Assembly (NCBI GenBank): GCA_002633005.1
Contig: NMRA01000043.1
Span: 1,134,689 to 1,198,688 of the forward strand
Direction of reading: 5' to 3'
DNA: 64,000 nucleotides
Source: Phoronis australis
Lineage: Eukaryota > Animalia > Phoronida
Part shown: positions 50,627-63,397 of the stretch, piece by piece
Numbering within the stretch: the first letter of the stretch is position 1
Layout of the letters: each line of letters opens with the position of its first letter
Position numbers and translations under genes: made by a program
Notes under the pieces: model-generated
The model's database searches: none
What the model saw: only the letters and a program-made list of their open reading frames with translations
Told to the model about the DNA's origin: nothing

Positions 50627-50912
50627 AAACTGGACGATCGCCGCACCAATAGAAAAGTTCATGTTCAGTTCAACGTTTCGTCTTTTCATTAGACATCATC
50701 AGGATCATATTTACAACAATTCAGGACAACAAGTGCCAACATACAGCTCAGGTAACATCCATAGAGTGAAGTGGGAGATACATAGAATATGGTCCGTAGC
50801 TGGTCATCAGTTGTCCTGAATTGTTGTAAATATGATCCTGATGATGTCTCATGAAAAGACGAAACGTTGAATTGAACATGATTTTTTTATTTGTGCGGCG
50901 ATCGTCCGGTTT
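50627..50912. mobile_element. Penelope-derived inverted pLTR palindrome
   Basis: ~105-bp arms; left arm plus spacer is the reverse complement of 26605-26790; CTGATGA..GAAAC motif in each arm. Confidence 0.8.
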
Positions 50913-53269
50913 TTGAGCTTATTGTGGCCAAAAACTGATTTAATTGTTTTATATCTATTCTTGATTATTTATTATTATTTATTTTTTCTTTATTTGCTAT
51001 TGTATTATTTAAATTATTTCTTGTGATCCCATACAGTCAACATCCTGGCTGTCGTTGATCAATAATCTTTATAATATGATCATGATATATGTACTTCAGT
51101 ACATTAATATTACTTTAAGTGGTTTGGGAACCTATTTGATTATTTGCCATAGGAAGTGGTGAAGGAAGTGTTTTTTAAAAGGCACATTGAGCCATACATC
51201 TGTGAGCACTTCGGTAGTATGTGTAGTACCTTGGAAACTTGTTACACTCAAGTGACGATGTCGTTTGTTTAGATTTTTGTTTTGACATGGGTCTTAAAAC
51301 ATCAAGGCGTCCTTATATTATTTACTTTGAGGTTGGCCAGCCGACACAGGCTGAATACGCCTTTAACTAAATGCTGATAGTCGATTTAACAAATGTGAAT
51401 GATTTATGAGAGCTGGAAAGCACAGGTTTACTGGTCTTCAGGCGGGAATTCCATCTCTTGCTGGTTTGGAACCCCTACCCCTCTTGCGTCCAGTTTCATT
51501 CACCACAACCCACCCCAATTCGCTACCCATTTCAGATACCATCTGGCACGGCTGCTTGGGGTCCAGTGAATCAGTCCCAAATAGCGACTCAACTATGCTC
51601 CCTAGAACTACTACGTTTTTGTGAGTTTTCTAGTTTGAATTCTCAATATGATTGAAAATAAGTAGGGAACTTTTCATGCAATGCGCCTAATTTAAGGACT
51701 AAGTCCCTAAATGTTTTGACTGAATTAAGAGCTCAGTTTTTAGTTATATTATTATAAAACATCGTAAGTCCAAAGAGGAGGTCATAATTATGATAAAATG
51801 ATAGAGAAATATAAAAACTGTGAGCAAAGAACAAAGAATGCCTAAAAGATTTACTAACTCATTTGAGTACAGGCAGATCCAGGGTGGGGGGTCAAAGGGG
51901 TCTGGACCCCCCATGTTGCTTGATTGTAGTGATATCAATGCTAGAATTTTCAAATTGTTCACTTGGGCACCTTTCTTAAAAATCATTTTCCGATCCCCTG
52001 CCTTTAAAAAATCCCGTATATGACCCTGTTGGGTTGATATTTGGGACAGTATCATGTAAATGGGCACTGACACAACTGCTTGAATCTAGAACGTCTTTAA
52101 GATGCCAATTTTTGAAAGAAAGATCTGGACCCGTGTTTGGATGGCGTAAGAGGGCAGTTTTTAGACATTGGCGTAGGAAACATTTGATGGTTGGGGGAGG
52201 AGAGTGTACTAATTTTTAAATTTTATTTTAAAACAAAGTTTGTGCGTTGAAAGCTTACACAATTAATTGTTAATTAATTGATATTAACACCTGGAATATT
52301 GGGGGAAGAAAGCTATCTCCGCCCCCAACCTTTTGGTTGAGGGGAACCCCCCGTTTTTGCTCCTATCTCTTCTTCAGCAGATCCATTTGATGTTTATTAC
52401 ATTCCTGACCCGCCTGGACAAAATCCTACAGGTTCAGTACCTGCCCATTCTCCAATAACCTACTTTCATCTGCTCGGCTCTTATTACTGAGTCTCCCTCT
52501 TGCTTATGATGTGTTTCTCGTAATTTATATTACCTTTGCTGCCCAAATTTTTTCTTGATTTACTCTATATTTTGCCTATGTGTATTTTTCCATTACAGTG
52601 CTCGTGTTTTTTTTTTAATTCAATATTTTAAACAAAGACACTTCACTGACAATTTTGAATTTGACAAACTAAGATCGGCCATAGTCAATGCCTTGCGTAC
52701 TTCGTCTGCCCACACACACCTGCTAGGTGTCGCCACGGTCCATGACATTACAATGGCGGCGGCCTTGGTGAATAGCCTTGTTAGCGTCTTTGGTAACCTG
52801 ATGTCAAAACTTAGTATTTTACAGGGATGTATCAAGTTAGTTGACATTTGGCGCGTGAGTTAAAAAACAATACATGTACAGGCATTCAGAGTTCACCAGT
52901 GAACGGGACGATCGATACGCCTACTTAGAAATCAGCAAACAAAATCTGGAATACCATTCGGGGATTGAAGAATTATAGATGACTAAACTATGACGTGAAA
53001 TGTACCTGACAGGGAAGCAAACTGTTTTTAACTTTCCTCGCCTCCTCGTCTTTTGGAAACCTTACAAACCGTAGACACACCTACTGAAATAAGGGCAGCA
53101 CAAACTTCTCACACGACTTTTCTCACAACTGCTTTCGACACTTGTAATGACTCGCCGACAAGGGATTAGAATGCGCCTGTTGCCAGGAATCGTAGAGTAA
53201 GGAGTTCATGAATTGGCGGCGATGACATGCAGTGATACAGCGGGTTAATAAGATGAAGAATAAGGAGAT

Positions 53270-53340
53270 TTAAAGGAGAATGCCACCCAAAAAACAACCT
53301 ATTTCGTATCAATTAAGATCGAGTAGTTCTACTCCATAAC
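53270..53340 (+). mobile_element. Kolobok-like terminus
   Basis: TTAA followed by AGGAGAATGCCACCC; similar TTAAAGG end at ~63469 and CCTTTAA end at ~25480; partner ends not found. Confidence 0.35.
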
Positions 53341-54858
53341 GACACGTTCGGTTGCGTTACCTGACACCTGACGGCAGAAGGAGGCGTTGAAATTATCCAA
53401 TGACGTAATTGGTTTCACACGCAGTCTTTTCAGTAGTTCACAACACGGGTTACTGGTGTCAGCTTATCGCTTGACTTCTTCGTTTAACGCCAAAAAATCA
53501 TCAAACTTCGATGTAAAACCCTTAAAAATACACCGAGTTCTTAAACGTGTTGTTCTATTTCGCTGTTACGGATTCATTGGTATTTGGACACACCCGGGCC
53601 GTAGCCTACAAAGATCGGCAAGGTCCGTAGCAGGAGTTTGGGGTGAGTTCGGAGATAAATTCGAACTATTCTTCCGTGAAATACAGACAGGAGAGCATAG
53701 ATTTGTGTTATTTAGACTTGTGATTTTTTGTGTTCTATACACACAAAAGGCTTGTTATCCCGGCCTGTGGCTCGGAACCCGATCAGGCCGTAGTTGTCGC
53801 CGGGACGTGCACGAACATCAACCAGCATGAGTTGGAAACTGTACTTACAGTCACGAAAAAAATATAATAGTGAGCCAAAGAAATAATTTACATGTAATTA
53901 TTTATGTAAATTAGCCACGAAACTGAAAATCTACTTACTTGTCGGGGGGCCGCGAAGTCGGGTTCACCTTCCACAGACCGTCACAGGGCAAAGATTGTAC
54001 AGTAACAATGATTTGAATAATGTATTTTGCATTTCTAAATAAAAATTCCCCTAGCATGTGACCATAGCATATAAAATCGAGTAATTGTTTCACAACAGCT
54101 TTCTGTCAGCAAACACTGAATTAGCATGCGCTCACACGGCCTCGGTGCCCGGTCAATTACTTTTATTGCCGACATCAAAAATCGGTAACGCAGTGGTTTA
54201 TTCATTGCTGGCTGCTCAACATTTNACAAGTCAAGGCTTCGCAGCACTGGCTGGAGCATAAACAGACATTACGTCGGACGTTTTGTTTGAGTAGGCTTGT
54301 GAACGTACGGTCGGGATTAATAAAGGATTAACTCGAACCAATCTTCAGTCAATCTTCGCACCGAAAGCTATTAGCACCGGTCTGTAACAACCTGCGCCCA
54401 CCCACACACGGGGAAAACGTGACAAAGGTAAACTACGGAGATTGGAGACCGGGCGCAGGGCTTAGAGAATGATATAAGGTAAACTACTGAGAAGGCAGGT
54501 GCAGATGGTACAATGGGAACTACAGAAAGGGCATGAGCTAATTATAACGTTTAACGTCAATAAACATGTGCTGCAGAGAAAACGGGATTACGACAGATAG
54601 CTTAGCTGAAATTGAAAGCGTTCCAATTTCAAAGCTGCTTCAGCCAAAAAGCTGAAATCACTTCAACTCTAAGTCAGGCCGACTTTAGACCAGTTCCAAT
54701 AATGATAGCATAAGGTCTTGAGCAAAAATACACGTCATACCTGTCGTAAAGTCTGTTTAGAAAACCTGATTCCTTCTAGCTCCAACGATGAGAATTTTAT
54801 CAACTTCGTTTGAAAGTCACTGGTGACTGACTGACTGGTCGTTTTTCGTATGACGCTG

Positions 54859-54868
54859 GGGAAAACCC
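54859..54868 (-). promoter_or_regulatory. Rel/NF-kB-type site upstream of the DED-ALF gene
   Basis: GGGAAAACCC conserved with 12008-12017. Confidence 0.45.
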
Positions 54869-55045
54869 GAGCTGACTAAGTCCCGGGGGCCTTTGAAAAC
54901 CCCAGCAGTGTAAACAAAGTTCGATATTGATTGGCATGGCCCTTTTAGAAATTTGGCCTTTGTTCAAACTCAATGTGAAAGACGGTTCGGGTTGCAGGCA
55001 GGTTGTTATCGGCCATTGTTTGGCAGATTGTAAAACGACTCTGAA

Positions 55046-55123
55046 AAAATAATCATTGACATATCCGTACAGGTATTGCATGGCAAAATAATCATTGACA
55101 TATCCGTACAGGTATTGCATGGC
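55046..55123. repeat. Perfect 39-bp tandem duplication
   Basis: AAAATAATCATTGACATATCCGTACAGGTATTGCATGGC twice; single copy in the paralog at ~12196-12234. Confidence 0.9.
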
Positions 55124-55382
55124 AAAATAATCGTAAAGGTGTTGTATAGAGCACCAATTAGCGCAGATATACAGGTGTTACATGACACCTGAGAAAGCAA
55201 GAGAGAGAAGGATTGTTCTTATCATGCAGTTTGTAAGTGATCAGTAAGCACGGTCGCTACCAAACACCAAAACATAAGTACTCAAAATTTTCTAGACATT
55301 TCCAATATTTTTGCTGCAAATGAAATGTACTGGCATAAGTGAGTGTCGTGGCTTAATAATTTATGGTGCCACGACACAATCC

Positions 55383-55400
55383 AGTTTCAGTTTCACTTTC
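55383..55400. promoter_or_regulatory. Triple IRF-element / ISRE-like motif
   Basis: AGTTTCAGTTTCACTTTC matches AGTTTCNNTTTC with a third half-site. Confidence 0.45.
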
Positions 55401-58021
55401 GCTCATTTCGAGAACAGATTTTTCGAGCATGACACTGAATACACCAAAGCTAAGTCTGTACTCGAGTTGAGTATGAAGTGTGAGTTTGAGTATGATTCGA
55501 GTCTGAGTACGGAGATTGGAGACCGGGCCCAGTTCACTCAATGTTATTGTTAGCCTAGGATCTTATTGACGAGTCTGTGTATTCAGTTTAGGACTACAAA
55601 GCGAGGTGTGTCATAAGTTAGCCAAATTTGAACATTTTTCTTGGAATCTACAAACCGTGGTCCGACAAATTCAAGAGAATTGGGCGAGAAACCCGAGTGG
55701 ATGTTGCCGCCAGCAGGGCAGCCGTAGCATACCGTGCAGCACTGTACCTTGTCTACTACTACGTAGTTATATCAACTGTGAAAAAAGGCGTCATGACCTG
55801 GTATAAGATATTGCATGCTCAATTGCCTTTTCCCTAGCTTGTTATGTAGTCACCAACGGGGATTTTTAAGATGTTACTGTTTTTGCTTTAGTTTTGAACG
55901 GTGAGTGACTATACATTTCTATCGCATGATGTGCGTCCACGTGCATTGTGATTCAGTACAATTACTTGAAAAGTAAACACGAGCATAGAACTCTAGCCTT
56001 GGAATGCCAACTCCCTCACGTGACCTATGTATTCTAAACTACTCAAAAAGTAACGTCCCCTTCATACTTTTCTGGATAACTTCAAGAAGAAATAATAAAA
56101 CAAGACAGTTATTTCACCACGAGAAAGTTTAATTCAAGACACATCTTTCGATATCACACTTGCTAGAAGTTTGTACAGGAAAATGAATTTAATTTGGCGA
56201 TAAAATTAATATACAAATCAAAAACAGAAGTCTCAAAATGGCGACATGCCATAACGTAATACTAATCGGATCGGTTCCAGTCTATCTCATCAGTATGGAG
56301 GCACAGAACAGTTCTCACAGGGGTTTGTCTATCAGAACCTACGTCAATGGACTCTTCACCCTTTCTTCACTCTGTCAAAAACTGCATGCAAATAAAGAAA
56401 AGTTTTGAGTCATTTCACATCACAAGCCCTACAGATGAGCACAGGAACTTTATTCTCTCGTGTATTTTTGACCCTTTCACTCCCACTGAAAACCAAGCTA
56501 GACTAAGAAAAATAAGGGCAAAAAATGCAAAATGGGCACTTTTCACCCCAAAACCACGACTTCCCTGCTGATGTTCAACTAAAGCCAACACTAGATTCCA
56601 AAAGCAAATTTCCTACCGATTCCAAAAATGTGGTCCAAAAGAACTGTAAACCAAATCTGGCTTGTTTTAGGGCTACCTGAAATCGCGGCCAATTTCTCTG
56701 TTGCTACAAAGCAATGCACAAATGCAACATTGGGCCACCATCTTCAAGAAGTGTGCAGCTTCAGCCGAGCAAGTGGTCTTTTTTAATTCACAGCATGTTC
56801 ACAAATACAAACAAACCAAATTCACTTGGCTTACATACACTACCTAACTAAAAATTTCCCCCAAGCTTGGCCCACCTGACGTGTACTGTCGCCACTTGCG
56901 TTTACCACAGGCATGCATCTCTCACGCATAATCAAGGTCATGCTACATGGGCGCACCCAGGGGGGCTTGGGGGGGGGGGGCTCGAACGAGCCCTCCAATT
57001 TGGCGAATTAGGAAAAAGGTCCGCCTCAGCAAAACAAAAAGTCCGAGTAAACGGGTGAACAATTTGTAGACCTCAACCTAGTGACCCGTTTTTTTTAGTC
57101 CTCGTTGATTTTTGTCAGTAAAAAGTCCGGATACCGAAAAATTCGGGCCCCCTATAATTTAGGCTGAGTGAGCGCATGTTCTATGTACGCATCGACCTGT
57201 GACCCGGCCTGGATGCGGATATCTTTTCAACCCCAGTCTTAGAACCACTTTCGACAGCCTATCAAACTGCATGTCAGGAGTTTTTTAACAAGACATCTTT
57301 AAGTGTTAAAATCATGTTACAGTAGTTTACGGAAACAACGTGTTATTTCGTTTCTGAACGTTTGGTCTGCAATCATAAATGAAAAGTTTAGGCCCGCGAA
57401 GCTGAGTATTTATGTGTGTGTGTGCGTGTATGTATACATGTGTATATTACCGTTTTCAATTGTTCATTTGAGCAATGTTTACCGGGTCATGTTGCCAAGA
57501 TACCATTTTTGTTAATTAAATTTCTGGACAGTACTGTTATCTGTAGTATTTACTTATACCATGAAATAGAATTTAAAAAATGAAAAGTTTACATTGTAAA
57601 AGAATCCAATCCAATACTTTGTGTTACCGACAGCGTCTAAATCAAGTGGCAAATTATCATGTACTATAATTTCCCACGCGACCGATAGCCATATTTACGG
57701 CACCCACAATTTCCCATTCGTCTAAAACCAAAAAATGCCCTTGGGGACTTTTGTGTGTTACGTCTACCGTTCGACAAAAACGCTGTCGGGACGTTTTTGT
57801 GTGTTGCGGCGAACATTTCACCCTTGCGTTTTGGCATAGAACCAGATGTCCAGCTTTTTATCCGGAAGTCCCGCTTTTGAATCCAGTTGTCCCGTTTTTT
57901 CATTCTGAATGTTGACCGAGACAACTACGCAACAGGTAGTCAAAATAACATTGTCTCTTTGTTATGAATATTTTATTTTCTAAAATCTAGTTCTTTCTTT
58001 AGTAACATAACAACCGTAAAA

Positions 58022-58881
58022 ATGCCTCGACTTGCTTACAGTAAACACCCCGGCCAACCAGCGATCAAGAACGCCCAGAAGGATATTGAGAACGAGACCT
58101 TTCATCAAAAATGGCTGATGACAGTGACGTCCGAGATTAGCCTTTGTTGTAGATCTGAAATGATACTTGGATTTTGCTTGTTTTTTAAAATAACGAGGGC
58201 AGAAAGCAATGGCTTTCGGTAAAATGCCCTGCGCCTCGTAAGATCTACAATTTCTACCTGTTCTTAGCAATTCCAGGGTTCTTAAGTAGAGACGTGTGAC
58301 GTTTATAGTTTAATCTTCCCTTGTGACCCCTTTGTTAGTTACGATTTATGAAACAATTAGAGCTATTTACCAATACAAGCGGGTCTTTGTGTGAGACGGC
58401 GATCGGGAATAAAATCGTTAATTCTCTATCGCGATCGTGAACGCAAAAAAGCAATCATGAACTCACATTCTTTTCTCTTCATTTGCCTGAATAGTTGTTG
58501 AACTTACGGTGTTATGTCAATAATTTTAGAATAATACGGACCCTGAATTACATGTAGTTGATGGGTTGTCTGATTGTCAATTATAATTCATCGTTTTTTA
58601 TGATTTCTTTGAGATTTAGTCTAACAAACATCACTGAATGCGTTAGATTTTTTTAAAGTTGAACTGTAGCCACACAACGAGTCCTTCAGGGTGTTAACAT
58701 CCACGCCTTCAAAAAAAGAGCAGCACAACTGCTGCATGCGACAATGGACTGTGTGTGTTGTGGAGCTTCGTTCTGGAAGAAATCGACTTTGTATGACCAC
58801 ATGGCAATAAAACACAGTGACGCTACTGCAAGCAAGACCTTTATCAGCCATGTGATTGGAGTGGGCGATACTTACAAATAA
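58022..58881 (+). CDS. Small putative two-exon C2H2 zinc-finger gene (possibly decayed)
   Basis: Exon 1 MPRLAYSKHPGQPAIKNAQKDIENETFHQKWLMT (weak donor ~58124); exon 2 from 58670 or 58690 with CVCCGASFWKKSTLYDHMAIKH = C-x2-C-x3-F-x5-L-x2-H-x4-H. Confidence 0.55.
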
Positions 58882-59519
58882 TTTTTGGCCAATTGCTATT
58901 TTAAAATAAAATATATGTCTATGATTATTGTACAAATTGCTTTCATATTGTTGATTTCCTGTGAGAAAATTTTATACTAACAACCGGTTCGAAATACATT
59001 GTCTGTGATTCAGTGATGATTTAGTCTACAGTGTAATAAATTCCAAAACAATTCAGGGAAACGTTCAATGGGTTTGTAATGTTGGTTTCCCTGAGGCAAT
59101 ATCTTATATCTTTTGTATGACCAATTTCGAGGTACATGTATGTAGGAAAAAAGATTAATAGTATTATAGAAATATTTGAATGTTATTCTTGATTTCCTGT
59201 TGAATAACTACAGTGTGTCTTGAAGTAACTTTAAGGACAACATTGTGACTACGTTTTGATAAAATCACAATATAGTACGTGTATTATGACTCGTCCCGCA
59301 TGTTTTCAATGTCACATGAAGCCGGAACTCATGAACTGAAGATGCACGGTGAACTCAGGACCAAGAATACAAAACAGAAAAGTCAAACAAAACGTACATA
59401 CAAGCCACACGGGAGCCACACGTCAATCTGTTAATCTCTGCCATCGGTAAAACTTCAAACAAATCCCTCCCGTTTTATCAGCACAACAGTTTACACAACG
59501 TCTGGCAATTTTTAAATAT

Positions 59520-60585
59520 CAGACGTTCATGAGCGGGAATATTTGAATCATCTCGTGAATGGTGTTGCCGCACTCCTCTCTCTCCCCATGGTCAACCTCA
59601 TCATCATTCTCTGGCTTCACTGGCTTATTCTTTGTTTCCTTTTGCTGTCACAATTTTGCAAGAAGATTCGACAGTCGCTTTGACCTGCAGTAACAAATTG
59701 TTTACCCCTCGCTGACACGCCACATGAAACCACTCCTGTGCGAGTCTTAGTTTAGAACCCCTTGTTCCCATTGGTTTCGTCTAAAAGTAGGTGTCTGTAT
59801 TTCAGAACCCTGGTGGGTGTACCTTCAAGCCGTGGGTAGCATGTTCATTGAAGCTCGCTTCACAATAATAACAATTACAGTGAACTTGTTTCCTTTAATG
59901 AAAATAAAATCTTTTGTGGAAAAACTATAACTAAAATAATACGCTTGAAGCACATGCAGTGATCATGGCGATATAATGGTAATATGCTACGCCATTCTTT
60001 CGTTTTTGATACGAAAGTAACACAGTAATGGCGCAAAATGTGATTAGTTCATTGCACCACACTTATTTTGTAGTCTTCTTCATGTTTTATAAGTAAAATG
60101 TCCATTATTGTTCGATCGCATAAACAAAACACAAATCAGCGTTCCCGATCTCTTATCATTGCGTTCTCGATCGCTTCTTTCCACAAAAAAGTTGAAAATT
60201 CAGAGAACCTAACAAAACTAAGAAAAAAAGCGTTGCATTATATTTTCTCATGTCATTTCTTCATAACTTCATGATTAATTTATTGATATAGTGCCAAAAA
60301 TAACCACAATTTTCCAAAATGGCACATAAAATCTTATTAGACTCCAGCGATGCGTCGTTCAACGTAACTTTTCTCATATAATTTGAAGACACTGGCATAA
60401 ACCTCTATCTGTCCTTCCCCAATGTGTTCCGCCTTGTACTCATTCCTCTGTTTTCACATTGAAAGTAAAAACGACGAAAATTCATCAAATTTACTCACCT
60501 TGTCTGGCTTCGCTTCTCGCACCAAATTTCGTTCTTGATCGCCTTCCGGGCATTATTTATCGCTGGTTGGCCGGTGTGGTAACAT
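59520..60585 (-). pseudogene. Two-exon decayed gene sharing its N-terminal motif with the C2H2 gene
   Basis: HTGQPAINNARKAIKNEIWCEKRSQTR|GTGAGT (donor ~60498) joins in phase to ttactgcag|..SKRLSNLLAKL*QQKETKNKPVKPENDDEVDHGEREECGNTIHEMIQIFPLMNV*. Confidence 0.5.
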
Positions 60586-60833
60586 ACACTACACATGTAC
60601 ATGTATCAGTAACTTTTACTTTCTGAACATCTGGGTTTACTTCTAAACTTCTATGGAAAGTCCTACAGTGCAACCAGTGTATTTAGCTGTCCACAGTAGA
60701 CTTCAAAGCACAACTCCCTTAGGATCAAAACTACGTTTTGTCTTTGTTTTCCCCGGCACCATTCTATCATAAGTACACCGCGTTTACTCAATGTTATGGC
60801 GATTTTGTGAATGGAAGGACTAAGGATATTCGA

Positions 60834-63397
60834 AGCTGGCGTGCGTTCAGTAGACGCTAGGACCTACGCTAGAACCTAGCTAAAACCTAGTCAAAGTCAC
60901 GTGTTCTTATTTAAAATGCACGGCAATATCTCACGTAATCTCGCGAAGTCTTGCTTTTTAGCGAGGTCCTAGCGCTACTAAACGGGAGGCTGTTCTGTAC
61001 CTGGCGGGAGATTCGATTTGATTGAAAGTCCTTTAACCTTTGACCTCGGATAAGTAGTAAACAAGTATTCACGCGGTTGAGCGGTTCCGAGGTGGTTCCG
61101 TTAAATCTTTTTTTCTCGCTACGCAGTATATGTTTTGTATTTGAAGTTCCCCGAGAATGAAGATAAGGTATTTATTTTACTAGACACATGTGAAATATTG
61201 TAAAAATGGTCATTTTTTGTGAATAAAGTTGGATATAACCTTAAGAAGGACTTGTTGATTTTAAAGCACCACGGGACCGTGACTCCTTGTTCTTTGCATA
61301 AAGACACCCCCAGTCAAAACAGTTACTCATTTCACTAGAATATTTGCGTTTACTCCCACCTCTGTTTATTGCACGATAGTGTGTCCCAGGTTGCCAGAGT
61401 CTCCTCCGCGACCAATAATTTCACGTTTGCCTACTATTGAATACTAGTAAGACTTCCTACGCCAGTGTTAACTATACATCGGCGAAAGGCACCACGTATT
61501 TGCCTTGATGTATGAGTTTGAGCAACGCTATTAGACAAATAATTTAGTTACGCGAACAAAGTAGGTTAACTTTCGTAACATACAATTACTTTTCACTACC
61601 CACGTTTTGGAAGTATTGATAGAAACACTGTTCATTAAATCACTTTTTTATTAAGAATACATTGATATCAGATAGCATCCGATAATTACGTTAACCGATG
61701 TGCAGTTCCATTAGGACAAATAGTCCCCTGCGCTCGAACAACGCCATGAGTGTATCCAAGCACACTGAATAAAACATAACTCGTACAATTCACTACAATT
61801 TGCTCATATACACATTATTCATGAACTCCCATTTTAAAAGTGAGCATATTTTTTAGGCTTTAAAAACAATGCATTCTGCTCTTAATTACAGCGTGCTCTT
61901 TATTTTTATGTCTCAAATGAATTGTTTTATAAACCTAAAAAGACGTTCTCTATTGAAATGGCAACTGCGTGAATAAGGTACATGTATATACTTGATTATA
62001 GACTGCCGTTAATCACAGACGTGCACTATTCATAGGATGGCGTCATCAGCACTACAAAAATGTTGTACACGATTTGCTGCCGTATTTTACATTAACCCCT
62101 GTGCCGAACAGTTTCCTCGTCACGTCACACAGTGCGTTCACAATCGCGCTTGACTTGCTGGAGCGCCCCCTAGTAGAGCCAGAAGCACCCGGGCACGTCG
62201 CAGTTGCATCGTAGACCAATTCCCATTTGCTGATTCTCCATTTCCACTCAACGTCGCAGTTGACAGCGTCGCCTTGGTTTGCTCCGGGGGTAATGGTTAC
62301 CTTTGAAAAATAAATCTTTCAAGTCATGTCTGAGCATAATGTTAGAATTATGAATGTGACTATTTGACTGCGGTTCCCGGCATATGACCACCCGTATCCG
62401 AAATATGACTCTAATTTTTACTCATGTGTTTCGTACATAGGTGTATACACCTGAGCTTCAGTCAGAGGCACTAGCAGCTATATGTTGTACACATCCAGAT
62501 CTTGTGTGATCTATCTCCATTCTCTTAGCATTTTTTATTTATATTAAGTGTTCGTGCCGTTTCAAGTACTTGCCCTCCTTGGTTTGCTCAAGTTCTTCGC
62601 TTGTGTGCCTAATCATTTCCGGATATAAAGGAACAGCTTCGAATAAAGGCGCATGAGCCAAATGAAATACGCGCATACTCACTACCAGCACGAATTCGGA
62701 GTTGTGCTTTAAAACGAGGCGTTGTGTCCAATATACAATGGTTATGCATGTTTGGAACACGCACGTTTGCGTTGTTAAAATTGATACTTAAACGAGGCTT
62801 TGTGTCCAAAACAACAATGCACAACAATAAGTTTTTGCAGCTCCATCAAAGCGTGAAAGTAGTGAATAACATACAAAGATAAAACAGAGTTGAAAACCAC
62901 CGTGTTTTGTCGTCCAGGAACCCTAAAATGAGGGGAGGTGACTGTTGTTTACAAACATGCTGACACCTTCAGAAGTTGTCTAATTCACTGTACCATATCA
63001 ACAAACCTCAGTGAACACTGCAACATTGCGATGTCAGAGAAGTACTGTGCGACACAAACGGCTGGGCGTAGCGGTATACCAGTAACGTGAAACTGTTGTG
63101 TTTGAGGACCTAAATAATCCTGGGATCTACGTTCTTTGGAGAAAGTTTATTTTTTTGCAAAAAATCGGGACCACTGCCGCAAGACCGACCAAAAACGTTC
63201 GAGAGGAGTGAGAACGTTTTGCCGACAAGCGAGAGACCTGCCTCCCGTTCAGTAACGCTAGGACCTCGCTAAGAAGCAGGACTTCGCTAGATTACGTGAG
63301 ATATTGCCGTGCATTTTAAACGAGAGCACGTGACTTTGACTAGGTTTTAGCTAGGACCTAGCGTAGGTCCTAGCGTCTACTGAACGCACGCCAGACT
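60834..63397. mobile_element. Non-autonomous DNA element with ~160-bp TIRs
   Basis: CTGGCGTGCGTTCAGTAGACGCTAGGACCTACGCTAG... (60836-61000) inverted at 63235-63394; older family fragments at ~11175-11250, 41030-41130, 46985-47090. Confidence 0.8.

Larger units (their letters stand above)
47129..54455. mobile_element. PIF/Harbinger-like TIR-bounded insertion (~7.3 kb) in the 5' intron
   Basis: Termini AGCCCGGTCTCCAATCTCCGTA / TACGGAGATTGGAGACCGGGCG; CTG/CAG flanks; empty site CTCTACCTGGGCTTAG at 11281-11296; contains n joins. Confidence 0.65.
54560..56875. repeat. Old paralogy block with 11440-13840 (5' UTR/promoter region of the DED genes)
   Basis: 54600-55140 ~ 11765-12255; 56300-56595 ~ 12400-12705; 56657-56875 ~ 13620-13840. 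Confidence 0.85.
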
